DNA of 64,000 bases from Vitrella brassicaformis CCMP3155 (lineage: Eukaryota > Protista > Chromerida): NCBI GenBank assembly GCA_001179505.1, contig CDMY01000350.1:1-64000 (forward strand), written 5' to 3'. The translations under genes were made by a program, and so were the position numbers. Shown in pieces: positions 13,007-25,007 of the stretch (position 1 is the first letter of the stretch; each line of letters opens with the position of its first letter). The notes below the pieces were generated by a model. The model was not told where the DNA came from and searched no databases. It worked only from the letters and a program-made list of their open reading frames with translations.

Positions 13007-15300
13007 ATGCAGAACTTCAACCTCTCAAACAACGACGAGGCCTGCAAAGACGGCCTCGAGATCCTCCTCAAACCCAAATACTACGGTGTGCTGTGACACT
13101 TTGCGATGATCACTGCAATTGCTGCGATCGTGTGTGTTATGCTATGCGTCGTGTGTGTGCGTTGATTGCATGGTGCAGGTGTGATAGAGCCGTGGACGCT
13201 CACGGCCACGGAGAAGGAGAAGGTCGACATCGCAAAGCTGGCGCGCATCGTCGAGTGCGAGCCGGACCCTTCGACCACCATCCTGCCGCGCACGCAGGTC
13301 GCGGCCGACATATCGAGATACGACGCCAAGGAGGCCGTGAGGGCCACCCTGCACCAATGGCAGCCACACAGGAGTGGCGCCAGGTCAGTGCAGTCCAGGC
13401 ATACAGACGTTCATAGAGACAAGGGCCGTTTGTGTGTGTGTGTGTGTGTGTGTGCAGTTTGCGTGGCAAGGATGAGATTGGGGAGTGGCACAAGGCCATG
13501 CGGCCGCCCGCGATGGTGTCGGCCCGACACGCGCCTTTCAACATGTGCGTATGCGTGACGACAGACCCACAAACAGGCATCCATCTGAGAATGTCTGGCA
13601 TTGCCTGAGTGTGTCTGCAGGTCTTCGGAGCAGCAGGACGCCGTGCTTGCCAATGTACGTAGATACACAGTTCATGTGACTCAGAGAGATACGTGCTCAA
13701 TGCCGTAATCGGCGTGTGTGTGTGACCCTGTCAGCCGAAAGGTCTGTTCCGCCCGCTCAAGGACACGGGCAAAGCCATGGACCAGCAGCAGCCGGTGAGG
13801 GCATAGCATAAACAAACACTCTTTCTCTGGTGCGTACACATCTTCACGACGCAGGATTTGCACGATCGCACACTGTCGGCGTTCGCAAGGCGCAACATCA
13901 AGTCGCTGCAGCCGCCCAGAGGTGAGTCGGTGGCCGTGTGGGGCCAGCCTGTGAACGGGCATGTGTGTGTGTGTGCCCATTCATTAAGGTAACCGTTTCC
14001 GGACCCAGCAGCAGGTGGATGACTACTTCCGGCTCAACTATGAGCGCCTCAGCACGGTGTGTACACCCCCACCTCTAGAGAGAGACACGGGGGGCACTGC
14101 ACTGCACTGCACTGGATGTGTCCCTCTGCGTCGCGTGCTGCAGCAAGGCTGCGCGAGAGTTCTGATCCCTCGGGCTGTCAGGAGGTCGGTGGGTGCGTTG
14201 TGTCTCTCTGATGCGTCAATGGCATACATATGCCTGGCCTGCTCATGTCCATCTAGGTTGGAGAGTTGGCAGATTCTGAGGGCCAGCGAGGCGGAGAAGG
14301 CCAACGTCGTCAAGCTGCTCAAGAGGTGACGGGAGACGCACACAACACACCCACACTCATATGTGTATGGGTGGTGGATCTCTGCAGTTTGGAGCACGCT
14401 GTGTCTGCACTGCCCGACTATAAGATCATGTCGGGCGCCCTCGAGGGCATCGACCCGTGGAACCGACTCTTCGAAGACCACCGCGTCCACAAGTAAGTGT
14501 GCCCGTGTGTGTCTGTCTGTCTACTCAGCACATGTCTCTGCTGCATATGCGTAGGTATCACAAGGACCTGCTCAACATCCGGCTGTACGGTGGCCCCGGC
14601 GGCCCTTTCCCCATGCAGCAGCCCACACAAAACGAGCGGCCATGGACGGTTGGCTTGCCTCGCACAGACACCAACCAACACACACAGAATTATATACGAG
14701 TGTCGTGTGTATGTGTGTGTATGTCGTTGCAGGCGCCCGGCGGTCAGCATTCGATCGGCGATGTGTATAACGCCATGCAGTGGACACTGTCGCGGAACCG
14801 CCCCAAGCCGCCGCCCATGATCACCGCTGCAGAGATGGCGGAGGCTGCCGACCGGTCAGAACCAGACGTATGAATGCACACGTGTGCGTGTGCGTGTGCG
14901 TCGTGTGTGTGCAGAGTGCGTCAGCGTGCGGAGCGTGCGCGGAAGCATCTGGCGGGAGGTCTGTGTTTCCCCTGGGTGGCCAAGGAGAAGAAATCCCAGT
15001 ACCAGCGGTCGTATGTGCCGCTGCCCCACGACCAGGACGTCATCTATCGCCGCCAGCCGGCCGAACGCACACACGAGGCCATCGCTGTCGGCGGCCTCGA
15101 GGCAACTGCAATGAGTGCAGGTACTGCCCCTGGCCGTGTTTGGGCCCGTGCAGTGCAGTGCATGCAATGGTTGGAGCGTACACGCTTGTGTCTGGCTGTT
15201 TGTATGTGTAGGTGCTGGTGGTGTGTATGAGGACACGGCGACGATGCTCAAGGCCTGTGTGTCGCCGCTGATCACCAGCGAGCGGCTCCCCGAGAAATGA
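13007..15300 (+). CDS. Multi-exon hypothetical protein
   Basis: Exons with GT-AG borders: MQNFNLSNNDEACKDGLEILLKPKYY, GVIEPWTLTATEKEKVDIAKLARIVECEPD..., VDDYFRLNYERLST, LESWQILRASEAEKANVVKLLK, YHKDLLNIRLYGGPGG, ...KACVSPLITSERLPEK*. No family recognised. Confidence 0.6.
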
Positions 15301-15485
15301 ACGAACATACACAATTGAGGACAGGGGATGGATGGATGGATGGAAGGAGACACGATTGAACGATTCAGCTGCCGCCATGTGCGTGTATGTTATGAAGAAA
15401 ATGCATAAAGGCAACCAGCAAGTCGCACAATGATTGACACACTATGGACCTAACAAACACCGGCACAACGACCTATCTCTAGCAC

Positions 15486-16097
15486 TCACGCCATGTCTCT
15501 CCCACTCCTTGCCCGACCCCACAGCCGCTGCAGCAGCAGAGAACACTTCCCTGTCATGGGATCCTTTTCCCCCTTCTCCCCCTTCCTCTCACCCCCTGCG
15601 GCGACGGCCACAGGCAACACGAATGGGAATGCCTTCATCGATACCGCCAGAATGTCCACCATCTCGGTCAAGGGAAGCCACTCCACCAGTCGGCACAAAA
15701 CCGCATCGGATTCGCAATATAAGGGATAATGATTGGACGCCGACGGCCTGCCAGTGGCAGGCCGGACCTTCGGGTCGGGGAAAACGAGGTTCGGCGGCAG
15801 ATGGGATGGGGCAGAGACACCCACACTTGTTGCATTGAGATGATGGTGCCGGATGAGGCGCGGCCTGGCCGTCCTTTTGTGTGACTTGAGAAACCTCTCC
15901 GCGCGGCTCTCAGTGCCATTCAGGGTGTGGTGGCTGGATGCCGCCGCTCTTCTGACTACCTGCAGGAATGAGGGCCGGTCGTTGCTGCAGAGGAGGCAGC
16001 CGTAACCTGCTGAATCGCTGGGCAGCACCCTGCCAGAGGTATGGCGAAGAGGCCAGGTGAGGAGAAGGGTCACGCAGGCCGGCAGGAGGAGATGCAT
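15486..16097 (-). CDS. Possible single-exon secreted hypothetical protein (203 aa)
   Basis: Signal-peptide-like N-terminus (MHLLLPACVTLLLTWPLRHTSG) and no microsatellites inside the ORF. No homology recognised. Confidence 0.35.
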   Translation of the reverse strand: MHLLLPACVTLLLTWPLRHTSGRVLPSDSAGYGCLLCSNDRPSFLQVVRRAAASSHHTLNGTESRAERFLKSHKRTARPRLIRHHHLNATSVGVSAPSHLPPNLVFPDPKVRPATGRPSASNHYPLYCESDAVLCRLVEWLPLTEMVDILAVSMKAFPFVLPVAVAAGGERKGEKGEKDPMTGKCSLLLQRLWGRARSGRDMA

Positions 16098-16856
16098 ACC
16101 GCCCCACGTCCAATGGCCCCCATCGCCCCTGCATGCATGCTGATTTACGCTTCCGGATAACCCCTCAGCAATAATCCACGAGAGCGCCCTTCTTGGTTGG
16201 ATTCTTCAAGCCTTCACAGAGGCAGATATCAACCCCCCTCGAGTCATCGGCATGCCGCCGCCCGCCGCAGCACTCATCTTTCTCGTCCTGTCATCATGGC
16301 GGATGCTGGAGGTGCATCCCCCCCACAAAGGCGCTCGCTTTCCCGCAGACCGCCGCGGCGCTGGGTGGCGTCTGCCCGCCCCGCCGCCCGTAGAACTGCT
16401 CCCCGCCCCGCCACGCGTTGAGCAGCAGATGCATCTGCAGATGCATCTGCAGATGCACGCGGCGATGCAGCCACTGGCGTTGCTCGCCTTCCGAGTCATC
16501 GGGAACATCGAGAGAAGCCCGCCCAAGTGCGGCATGCTGCCGGCGCCAGCGAACACCCACCGACCACCCTCCAGCGCCGAGCCACCTGGCATCAACGACC
16601 ACAGATCTGCAGATTCAACTCGCTCGGGCGGGTCAAATCCATGGTACTTCCATGAATGAAGCGCTTTGCAAAGCGACAGAGAGAACATGCAGCTGACATG
16701 TCTTCTGTGTCCTGACTGACACCAGGTTCATATTGGCGCTGTCGGCTGTTTGGGTGGTGTATCCGGGATCTCTGTTGCTACTCCTACTGAGGTGACCCCG
16801 GCAAGAGCCACTCGAATGCATGTATCTGAACACTCTGAATGCTTTGCCTTTTGTAG

Positions 16857-18034
16857 GCCCGCGTCTGGCCAGAGAGACAGAGGCAAGCGCCCGAGGCGAG
16901 CGATCTCACGACGAGTCCGACGCATCATTCAGAGGTGCTCCTTCAAAATAGCGCAGCGATGTCGAAGGAGCCGCGCTGTCGATGCCGGAGGGGAGTGCAG
17001 TGGGACTGTCACGCGTGTGAAGGGCGATCCATCCGATGCCGTGTTCAAAGTGGGGGATGAGGTGTGTGGCGCCATTAGTGGTTGCCTCAAGACCTACGTC
17101 ACGACCAGAGCAGATCAGCCACTTTCATCGTGCCGCGTATCGCGCCACGTGTCAGGAGGTGTCGACGATGTCAAAAAGGCCATAAGCGGTCCGGTCCATT
17201 TCACAAACCCCCGGAGAATTACACCGCCATTCAATTGTTGCGTTGTCCTAATTGTGGCCGCGATGCGTTCAGATTCCAGCTGCACGGCGCCTACGACACC
17301 GAACAACAATGTGCCGAACGAGGCGCCTCTGCAGCATGTCGCCAAGTCGAGCGGCGATGCTGGCAGCCCGACGTCGGACAGCTGGCACACACGGTGGGTG
17401 AGTGGTCAGCCATGTCAGTGACGTGCCGAGAGGAGACACGCATATATCTCTGCTGTCCTCGCCCCGCCTGTTTCGTGCAGTGTGTGTTTCCGTGCGTTTT
17501 TGAAGCATCGTGCGCAGCCGTCGGCCTCGGCTCTCAGCAACTATCTGGCGGTGGGTGATCGAGAGAGAACGGCACAATTGATTCCAAACACCCAGCCGTC
17601 CCCGTATGTGTCCTGTCTGTCTGGGTGGGTGTGGTGTGGCGTGTGCAGGCATGTGATGAGGAGCTGTCCCATTTGCTCTCGGGTGTGGGCATGACCTATG
17701 AGACATTCAGCAAAACGTAAGTACACACGTCCACATGATATCCATCCATCCATCCATCCATCCGCGTGTGTGTGTGTTGGCCGTGATCGATCTACAGCGT
17801 GATGATCCGGGCGTTTGCTCTATACGAGAGTTCTAGCCTGGATGCCCCTGACGAGAAGGGCCTCTACCAGCAGGTGTGCATGACCCAACAACACAACACA
17901 CTCACTCATTTCGGCATTTCCCCTTCATCCACACTCTTATGCATCGATGTGATGTGTGCATTCATTCATTTATTCAGGCCTTGGCCACCGAGCTGTGCAT
18001 TCTGCTGGACGAATATTACGCCATGTCAGACTAG
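16857..18034 (+). CDS. Hypothetical spliced gene or pseudogene containing a short MDR/PKS enoyl-reductase-like fragment; 5' end unresolved
   Basis: Frame of ORF 16750-17421 splices in phase through exons at about 17480, 17650, 17798 and 17979 to ...ALATELCILLDEYYAMSD* (TAG 18032-18034). It contains GGECSGTVTRVKGDPSDAVFKVGDEVCGAISGCLKTYV at 16987-17118. Confidence 0.45.
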
Positions 18035-18921
18035 CCACCCACCAGCATATCCACCGTAGTCCATGCTCGTGTGTGTGTGTGTGGGTTTACGTACGTGGCT
18101 GCTGGGTTGATGTGATGTTTTGACTTGCTGGCTTACAGTCATGTTTGTTGTATAGGTTGCCAACCTTGCCTTGCCTTGCTGCCGTCTTGCTGACTCTGAT
18201 CAGTCACTTCAATTGTACAGACAGCCGAGTGCACGGCACGAGGAGAACACACACAGCAGTCTGTCATGATCACGTCACATATCTATCTATCTATCTTCCA
18301 CAGACACACACACCACACGGACACACACGCACACGCATGAGCATGAGCATGCCCCGCTCTCCCCTCCCCCTTCATCGCGCAGAAACACAAGAAGTGACAA
18401 AGTCCAGCACCCCCATCCAGAGGTCAGTCACCCCGACAGCCGAGACATGCACACGGACGTGCGATCGTTTTAGAAGGGCAGACAGACATACAGTATTTAT
18501 TTGTACGGCAAGCAGACACAGAAAGCGAAAGCCCGTCGCCTGCCGGCACTCCTGTCTGGGTACCATCCGTCTGGCTGGCTGGCTGGCTGGCTGTTTGACA
18601 CCTTCGCACTACAACACCGATCGACGAGTACTTCTTCCCCGCCATCCGTTCACATTCGCTCTCTCCCCCCACACCACGCCCCCCAGCTGCTCCCCCGGCA
18701 TGCACACACACACACACCCTACATCACTCGATCAAGACAGCCGACGGATAGGTGTGACAGATATGATGTCTGTCAAGGAACATACACGCTAATGGCAGGT
18801 AGACCATTCATGCAGGCAGGCCACAGCCCCCATGCATCACAGGCAGTCGCACACAGACGCGCCACTCAGCAGACAGAGAGAGCGAAAACCCGTTGTTGCC
18901 TCCATTCCTGTCTGGCTACCC

Positions 18922-18952
<31 letters not shown>

Positions 18953-19237
18953 GGACACCCCCGCCAGCTGACTGGTGGAGAAGACACAGACACTCAGGAA
19001 AAGCATATCTAGCTCTGCTCCCCCCATACGACGCCCCCATGTGCTGCCCCAGCACACTCATCACGGCACCGCGTGTGCACTTGTGAGGGGACGACTCGGT
19101 CGTCCAGGTCTGAACAAAGCGCCTATCCTCGGGGTCCCCTAGCAGGTGAAGGTCAATCTTGACCCAAATCGCCGCCAGCATCAGCGGCCACCCCTGGCCC
19201 CCACTGTGCCTCGTCGTTGGGAGGTGTAGCCATCAGA

Positions 19238-20458
19238 TCAGTCACATACCGGAATATCTGATGACATTGACGTGGCCGCTATACGGAAGAGTACGAAGGC
19301 CCCAGAGCTGAGAATCCTCCAGTGGCGCGGCGCCCTTCTCTTGCTAGTAAAGGCCGCCCGGGTGCCGAACCCGTCGTAATGCTCATTCCGCAACACCAGC
19401 GGCCTCCTCCCTTGCAGAAAATACACCATCATCACATGAGGCTTCCATCTGGCAAAAATCGCCTCCGCCCTCTTCAGCCGGAGGGTCAGCTGCTCGATCG
19501 CGACTGCCATGCGGCAGCCGTGGCTGAGTGCCGCAGGAAGAGGAGGCTGGAGGATGACCCACATCAGGAATGACCCGACGCCGACAATGGGCAGCAGCAC
19601 ACCCAATACATGCAGAAGGATGGGCAGGAGGGATCGGCTGAGGGCGCTGCGATGACTGGGGGCCACCGAAGAAGCCACGTCCAGGGTCAGCTGAGTGATG
19701 GGCACCTCCACTAAAGCACTAAGGACGGCTTCCACAACGACGGGCAGCAGTCGTGTGAGGACGGCTGTTGTGAATTGGGTGGGATGGGCGTCAATGAGGG
19801 CCTCCAGCTGTGAGTAACTCCTGACGTACTCGGCGACCGTCGGGGCGAGGTGTTGCGGCACATGAGAGGCATCGATGGTGCGCTCATGCTGCTGCTGGGT
19901 CGCCGACGATGCACTGGCCGCACCTGCAACACGCCACACACACAAACAGACAGCTGTGTGCCGGCATGACAACTGTGTCCTTCTGCAGCATCGCCCCCCG
20001 AGATCGCCCTTACCGCCAGCAGCGGATGGATCCGTTACGAGCAGCACCTGACATCTGCAAGAAACGCACAGCACATGACTGAGACCACACACTTTTGCTT
20101 GTGTTCCCTTTCCCTCCCTCCCCCCCTGCCGCACCTTGCGAGTCACACAGATCTGCCAGACACAGTAAAGAGACCACACACACTGTCATCCTTGATGGCC
20201 TCCCGCCCCTGCTGCTTGTCCTTTAGCACCTCAATGCGTCAGACTCTGGGTGATGAATTCGACGTCCGTCGGTGGAAGCTCGTTGGGGCCGGACACGTGC
20301 AGGATGGCGCGGCGCAATCCTGCACGTGTCCGGCGCCAACGAGATTCCCCCGGGGAGGAAGGCGGAAAATTCATCACGCTCTCCTCCGCACGCCAAGCTC
20401 GCAGCCTTTGGCTCGCAGAGCGACCCCGCTCGTTAAGCGACCCCGGAGCGGGGGCCAT
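19238..20458 (-). pseudogene. Hypothetical gene with apparent frameshifts, head-to-head with the class B copy at 20690
   Basis: Protein-like stretches (MAPAPGSLNERG...DVEFITQ; IEVLKDKQQGREAIK in another frame; ...LLPILLHVLGVLLPIVGVGSFLMWVILQ...). Coding-like sequence continues out of frame beyond the 19238 stop. Confidence 0.4.
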
Positions 20459-20689
20459 GAGGGCGTGTCTGATCACTGCATCGGCCACTGCTCGTTCTTG
20501 GAAAGAAAAGCAAGACACAGGGTGAAAGTGCGTGAGAGAGGCACAAGAAACGTAGATCTGCTTCACAACTCTGTTTTTTCTGCTTGCAGATCTCTCACAT
20601 CACGCCAGCCATGCAGACGACGCCATCGCCTCATTCAGCTGCTGCCGGGCATCATCGCTGTCACGTGCCGACTGAGGCGTGGTGATTGA

Positions 20690-21725
20690 TTGATGGCATC
20701 TTCGTTGCCCGACGACCTGTGGCTCGGGCGCATTCTGCCGTCCCTTCTCGTCCATGAGGCGGTCTGTGTCCGAGCGACCTGCCGGGCGAAGGCGGCTCTG
20801 GTGACGGCCGCTCTGCTGGTGGAGCGCATCGACGGCTCCCTGGCCCGCCACTCACTCACCGGCCTCATCGACATCGACCGCACCGCCCCTCTCCCATTCA
20901 GCTACTCGCTGCGGGCGGCCTATGTGCTGGAGCAGGGCAGCAACGAGTGGCCTGGGATGGGGCGGTTCATCCGGCTGGCCGCCATCTATCGGCTGACGCC
21001 TGCCAATGGGCTGCCCCTGGTGCTGTCCGGCTCAGTGGCTGACAGCCCACCTTCCCAGCAGGACGGCATTCCACCAGCTGCCATTGGCGATGGCCATCTA
21101 TCGGCTGTTCGGCCGCCTGCTCACATACAATGCACACAGCCTGGCGCTGCAGCCAGCCAACGACAACGGGAGCTATCGGATCGGCAACGTGACGTTTTGT
21201 GTGGTTCCGTTGGGTGAGCTGCCTGCCGGCCATCGCTAGGCCGAGGGCTACCAGAGGACCGATCCAGTCATCCGCTGGATCTGGCTCTTCCGCTCATTCT
21301 CGGCATTCCTGCTGGCCACGCTGCTCTCCCAATGGCGGGATGGAGAGGGGGTGGGCTACAGGCTGGTGCTGTCTGCACACATCGGCAGTGACGACCCTCG
21401 CTGTGACCGTCTGCTGACAGATGACATCACAGAGGACCGGGGCATCGCTGTCGACTATCGCTACGACCGGGGCAATCTGAATGATGCGAATGCGATTGAC
21501 TATCGTCATGTGATTGTGAGCGGCTTCCGACGCATCGAGACCGTCGCTGTCTCCCTGTGTGTATGGTCGGGCGGCATCAAGCTGTTCACCACTGAGCGGC
21601 CTGCCGCCAATACGCCTGCATCCGTCGCTGTCCGCTTCCCCACTTCGGAGCCTTTGTGGCGCCGTCTGCTGCGGCCATTCAATCTGGAGACCGACGTCAT
21701 CGACAGGGGGGCGGTGGTGGGGTGA
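20690..21725 (+). pseudogene. Intronless family member, class B (F-box-like N-terminus); +1 frameshift near 21030 and in-frame TAG at 21237-21239
   Basis: Collinear with 29727-30761 across ORFs 20690-21217, 21006-21239 and 21351-21725. Confidence 0.85.
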
Positions 21726-22072
21726 GAGGTACTGGTTGGCTGGCGATTGGTGTTGCGTGTGTCGCATGTTGGCGGGGCAGTGTGTGAGTAGTGGAGGGGG
21801 ACTGATTGACTTCAAAGTGGCTGACTTCAACTTGGATGGCGGTCACTCTCGCTTTTTTTGTCAGACTCAGTGACTGCATGGCATCACTCTTGTGAATGAA
21901 GGAACAGGTGTGGAGAACATGAGTTCTGCCTGTTTACATCGTGAACCGCCTAGGGTATTACCTGAAACCGCTGCAACTGATCTGCTTCTGACCGCCCAGC
22001 ACAAGCAGTGGCCTTGTGTCAACGTACTGTATATCTACCACTCACACAGCTGATTGTTCGCCTCGCCGTTTT

Positions 22073-24457
22073 ATGGCCTTGCCCGCTCGGTGCATCTATG
22101 TCAAGCAGCCGTGGTGGAGGCTTCTGCTGTCATCTTCGATCCTGCTCCTCCTCTCACCGCTATCTCGCTCCGATGAGTCATCTCCCGCCCTGCGCCACCG
22201 CAGCAGCAACAGCAGCAGCAGTATGAACGACGACATCTCCCCGTGCCCCTCTCCAGAGGCCAATAGTGTCATGGACAACCGCTCGGGCACCGGCACTGGT
22301 CGGCCCATCATCGGCATCGTGACGCAGCCATCGAACGGGCTGCGCGATCGGCTGCGCAGACGGGGCGAGGATGCGACGGTTGCTGGTGAGGACGTGTCGA
22401 CCATTGCTGCCAGCTACGTCAGGTGGGAGGGAGGCTGGAGGGACGGATGGGTGGAGAGAGCTAAGATCTGTCAGCCTGCCTGCCTGCCTGCATGCTGGTT
22501 GTGAGTGTATGTTATGTGCAGGTTCGTGGAGTCTGGCGGTGCTCGTGTGGTACCTGTGAGATATGATGCGTCAGAGGTGAGAGAGGGGCGGAGGTGTGTG
22601 TGTGAGTGCTGACTGCGTGAGTGTCCTTGCGTGTGCGTCTGCTCGTTCCTGAAGGACGAGTGGGAGTACCTCTTCAACTCAATCAACGGCATCCTCTTTC
22701 CCGGTAGATCGACATGGCATGGACCAACCCACACAGCCGAGCTCTCGTCGCATAGCACAATGGGCTGGGCGTGTCGTGTGTGCAGGTGGGGCGATGTTCT
22801 TGGAAGGAGGCAGCCCATACATGCGCGCACACGAATTCTTCGTCAGACGGGCCATGAAAGTAAAGAACTTGACTGACCGGCACGGCACACGAGTCGACGA
22901 CGGGGAAGTGGCGTGTGTTGTGTTTTGTGTGGCGTCATCAGGCCTTCGACCAAGGCGACTACTTTCCCGGTGAGTGAGTGTGTGTGTGGCAACAGAGGAG
23001 AGTCGCGCTCATGTGCATTGTCATGCGTGAGTGCTGCTTGCGCGTGTGTGTGCACAGTGTGGGGCACCTGCCTGGGGTTCGAGGCGATTGTGGATGTGAT
23101 CTCGGGCGACTACTCGCTTATCCGGCAGTCGCACTTCAACGACAGCAACCACCCCTCCAACCTCTCATTCGACAGGACGCACAAGCCCATCCAGTGCAGC
23201 AGGATGTTCAGACCACTCATGGCGCACCCGCACGCCGACTGCCGCCACGAGAGTGGCCCAGTGGGTGCGATGAACGGCCGTCACGACGTGTCGGCGCCTG
23301 ACCCTGGCCTGTGGTCCTTTCTGTCCCCTACAATCTTGCAAGTGCTGGAAAATGCAAAGGTCAGGCAGTGCGACAGACACGGTGACTTGACTGACGGGCG
23401 CCGTGGCACACGTGCAGGGCAGCGCAGCGAGCCACGTGTGTCTATGTGTTGTGTTGTGTGCGGTGTGTTGTGTTGTGTTGTGTTAATCAACCAGGTGGTG
23501 TATTACAACCATGAGCGTGGCATCAACCTGACGACGTGGGAGTCGACGCCCTCGCTGATGGAGTTCTTTGATGTGCTCAGCACCAGCAGGTGAATATGAG
23601 CGAACCAGTGAGTCAGTCAGTCGGTGATACATACCATGGAACTTGGAAGGATTGCATCGGTGGTGTCTGTCGGTGTGTCGTGTGAGCAGAGACAAGAACG
23701 GCGTGGACTTCGTGTCGACCATCGAGAGCAGAAGGCAGGCAGCGAACCGAATGAGCCGATTGACGCACCCCCTTCTGTATTGTATGTGTGTATTGGGTGC
23801 ATGTTGTCTGGGATTGATGGTGCCTGGCTGCCAGGTATCCGATATACGGCGTGCAGTGGCACCCCGAGAAGAACGCCTTCGAGTGGTCGCCATGGCTGGA
23901 CATTCCCCACTCGGTCGGTCAGCCCAACTACCTTACACAACACATGGCAAAGGGCATTCGCTTCGTTACCTTACTGCTATGGGTTCCCTGTGTGTGTGTC
24001 AGTCTGATGCGGTCCGGGTGACGCAGTACTTGGCTCTCTTCCTGGCCAACGAGGCGCGCAAATCCTCACACACCTTCCCATCACGGTGTGTACACACAGA
24101 CACACACAGAGGAAGAGACAGAGGAGGGAGAGGGATGCTCAGCCCCCGGCCGGCCACATCCGTGTCTGTCGGGGTGTGTGGGTGTGTGATGTGATGTGAT
24201 CCAACAGCAAGGCAGAGTTCGCGTCGTTGATATACCACTTTCCGTCGATCATGACTGCCGACGCCGAGCACAAGTACACCTTTGAGCAGCTGTACCTCGT
24301 CAGGGCCCGCAACCACACTAAGGGCAGCAGCAGCACTGCTGAGCGGGAGGGACACCTCCCCAATGGAGATGCCCTTATCGTAAGCAGCCGGCAAACGCAT
24401 GGATGGATGGATGGATGTCTCGTGATGGCTGGTGGTGTGGTGTTTTGGCAGGCATGA
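22073..24457 (+). CDS. GGH: Gamma-glutamyl hydrolase (peptidase C26, class I glutamine amidotransferase-like) with predicted signal peptide
   Basis: RPIIGIVTQP, STIAASYVRFVESGGARVVP, FNSINGILFPGG, DYFPVWGTCLGFE (catalytic Cys), YPIYGVQWHPEKNAFEW (catalytic His), FLANEARKSSHTF. Confidence 0.93.
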
Positions 24458-25007
24458 GACGTTTGACAACAGGAGCGAACTGGCAGTTCGCGAACTGGGA
24501 CGTCTTCCGCGTCTGTGTGTGCGTATGTGATGTGTGTTGTACCCTAGCTGCCTGACTTCCTCTCTGCCTCTCTGCCTGAATTCTTGTCGTCGTTGCATTT
24601 TGCCAATCGCATGCGGAGACAATGCGAAGATGATGATTAGTGTGTGTACATGTACAGCAGATAACACAGGCAGGCAGGCAGAGAGAAACCATGCACTCAC
24701 TGATGGGGAACGAAGAGATTGCCGTTTGTTGACGGTGCCGTGATGTGTAGTTAGCAGTGGGGTGGGTGAGTGTGGCGTTTTGGCAAATGAGTGAGTGAGT
24801 GCGTGCATCCGTCGTGAAGTGTGTCGTCATAATGTGGTCGTCTTGTGCGGCTGACTGCGCACAAAAGATACTTCTTAAGACGTGTGCATGTCCTCGTACG
24901 GTGGATCAATAGGGAGCCGGACAGGCATTAAGTGCATGGCAATATATCACGTAACTAACGACACTTGTCCGTGTCTACACACACACGAAAAACGATTTGT
25001 TCCCCAA

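Noticed and set aside
16206-16696. Several overlapping 70-160 aa ORFs on both strands
   Set aside because: No consistent start, splice pattern or homology was found, so no frame could be supported.
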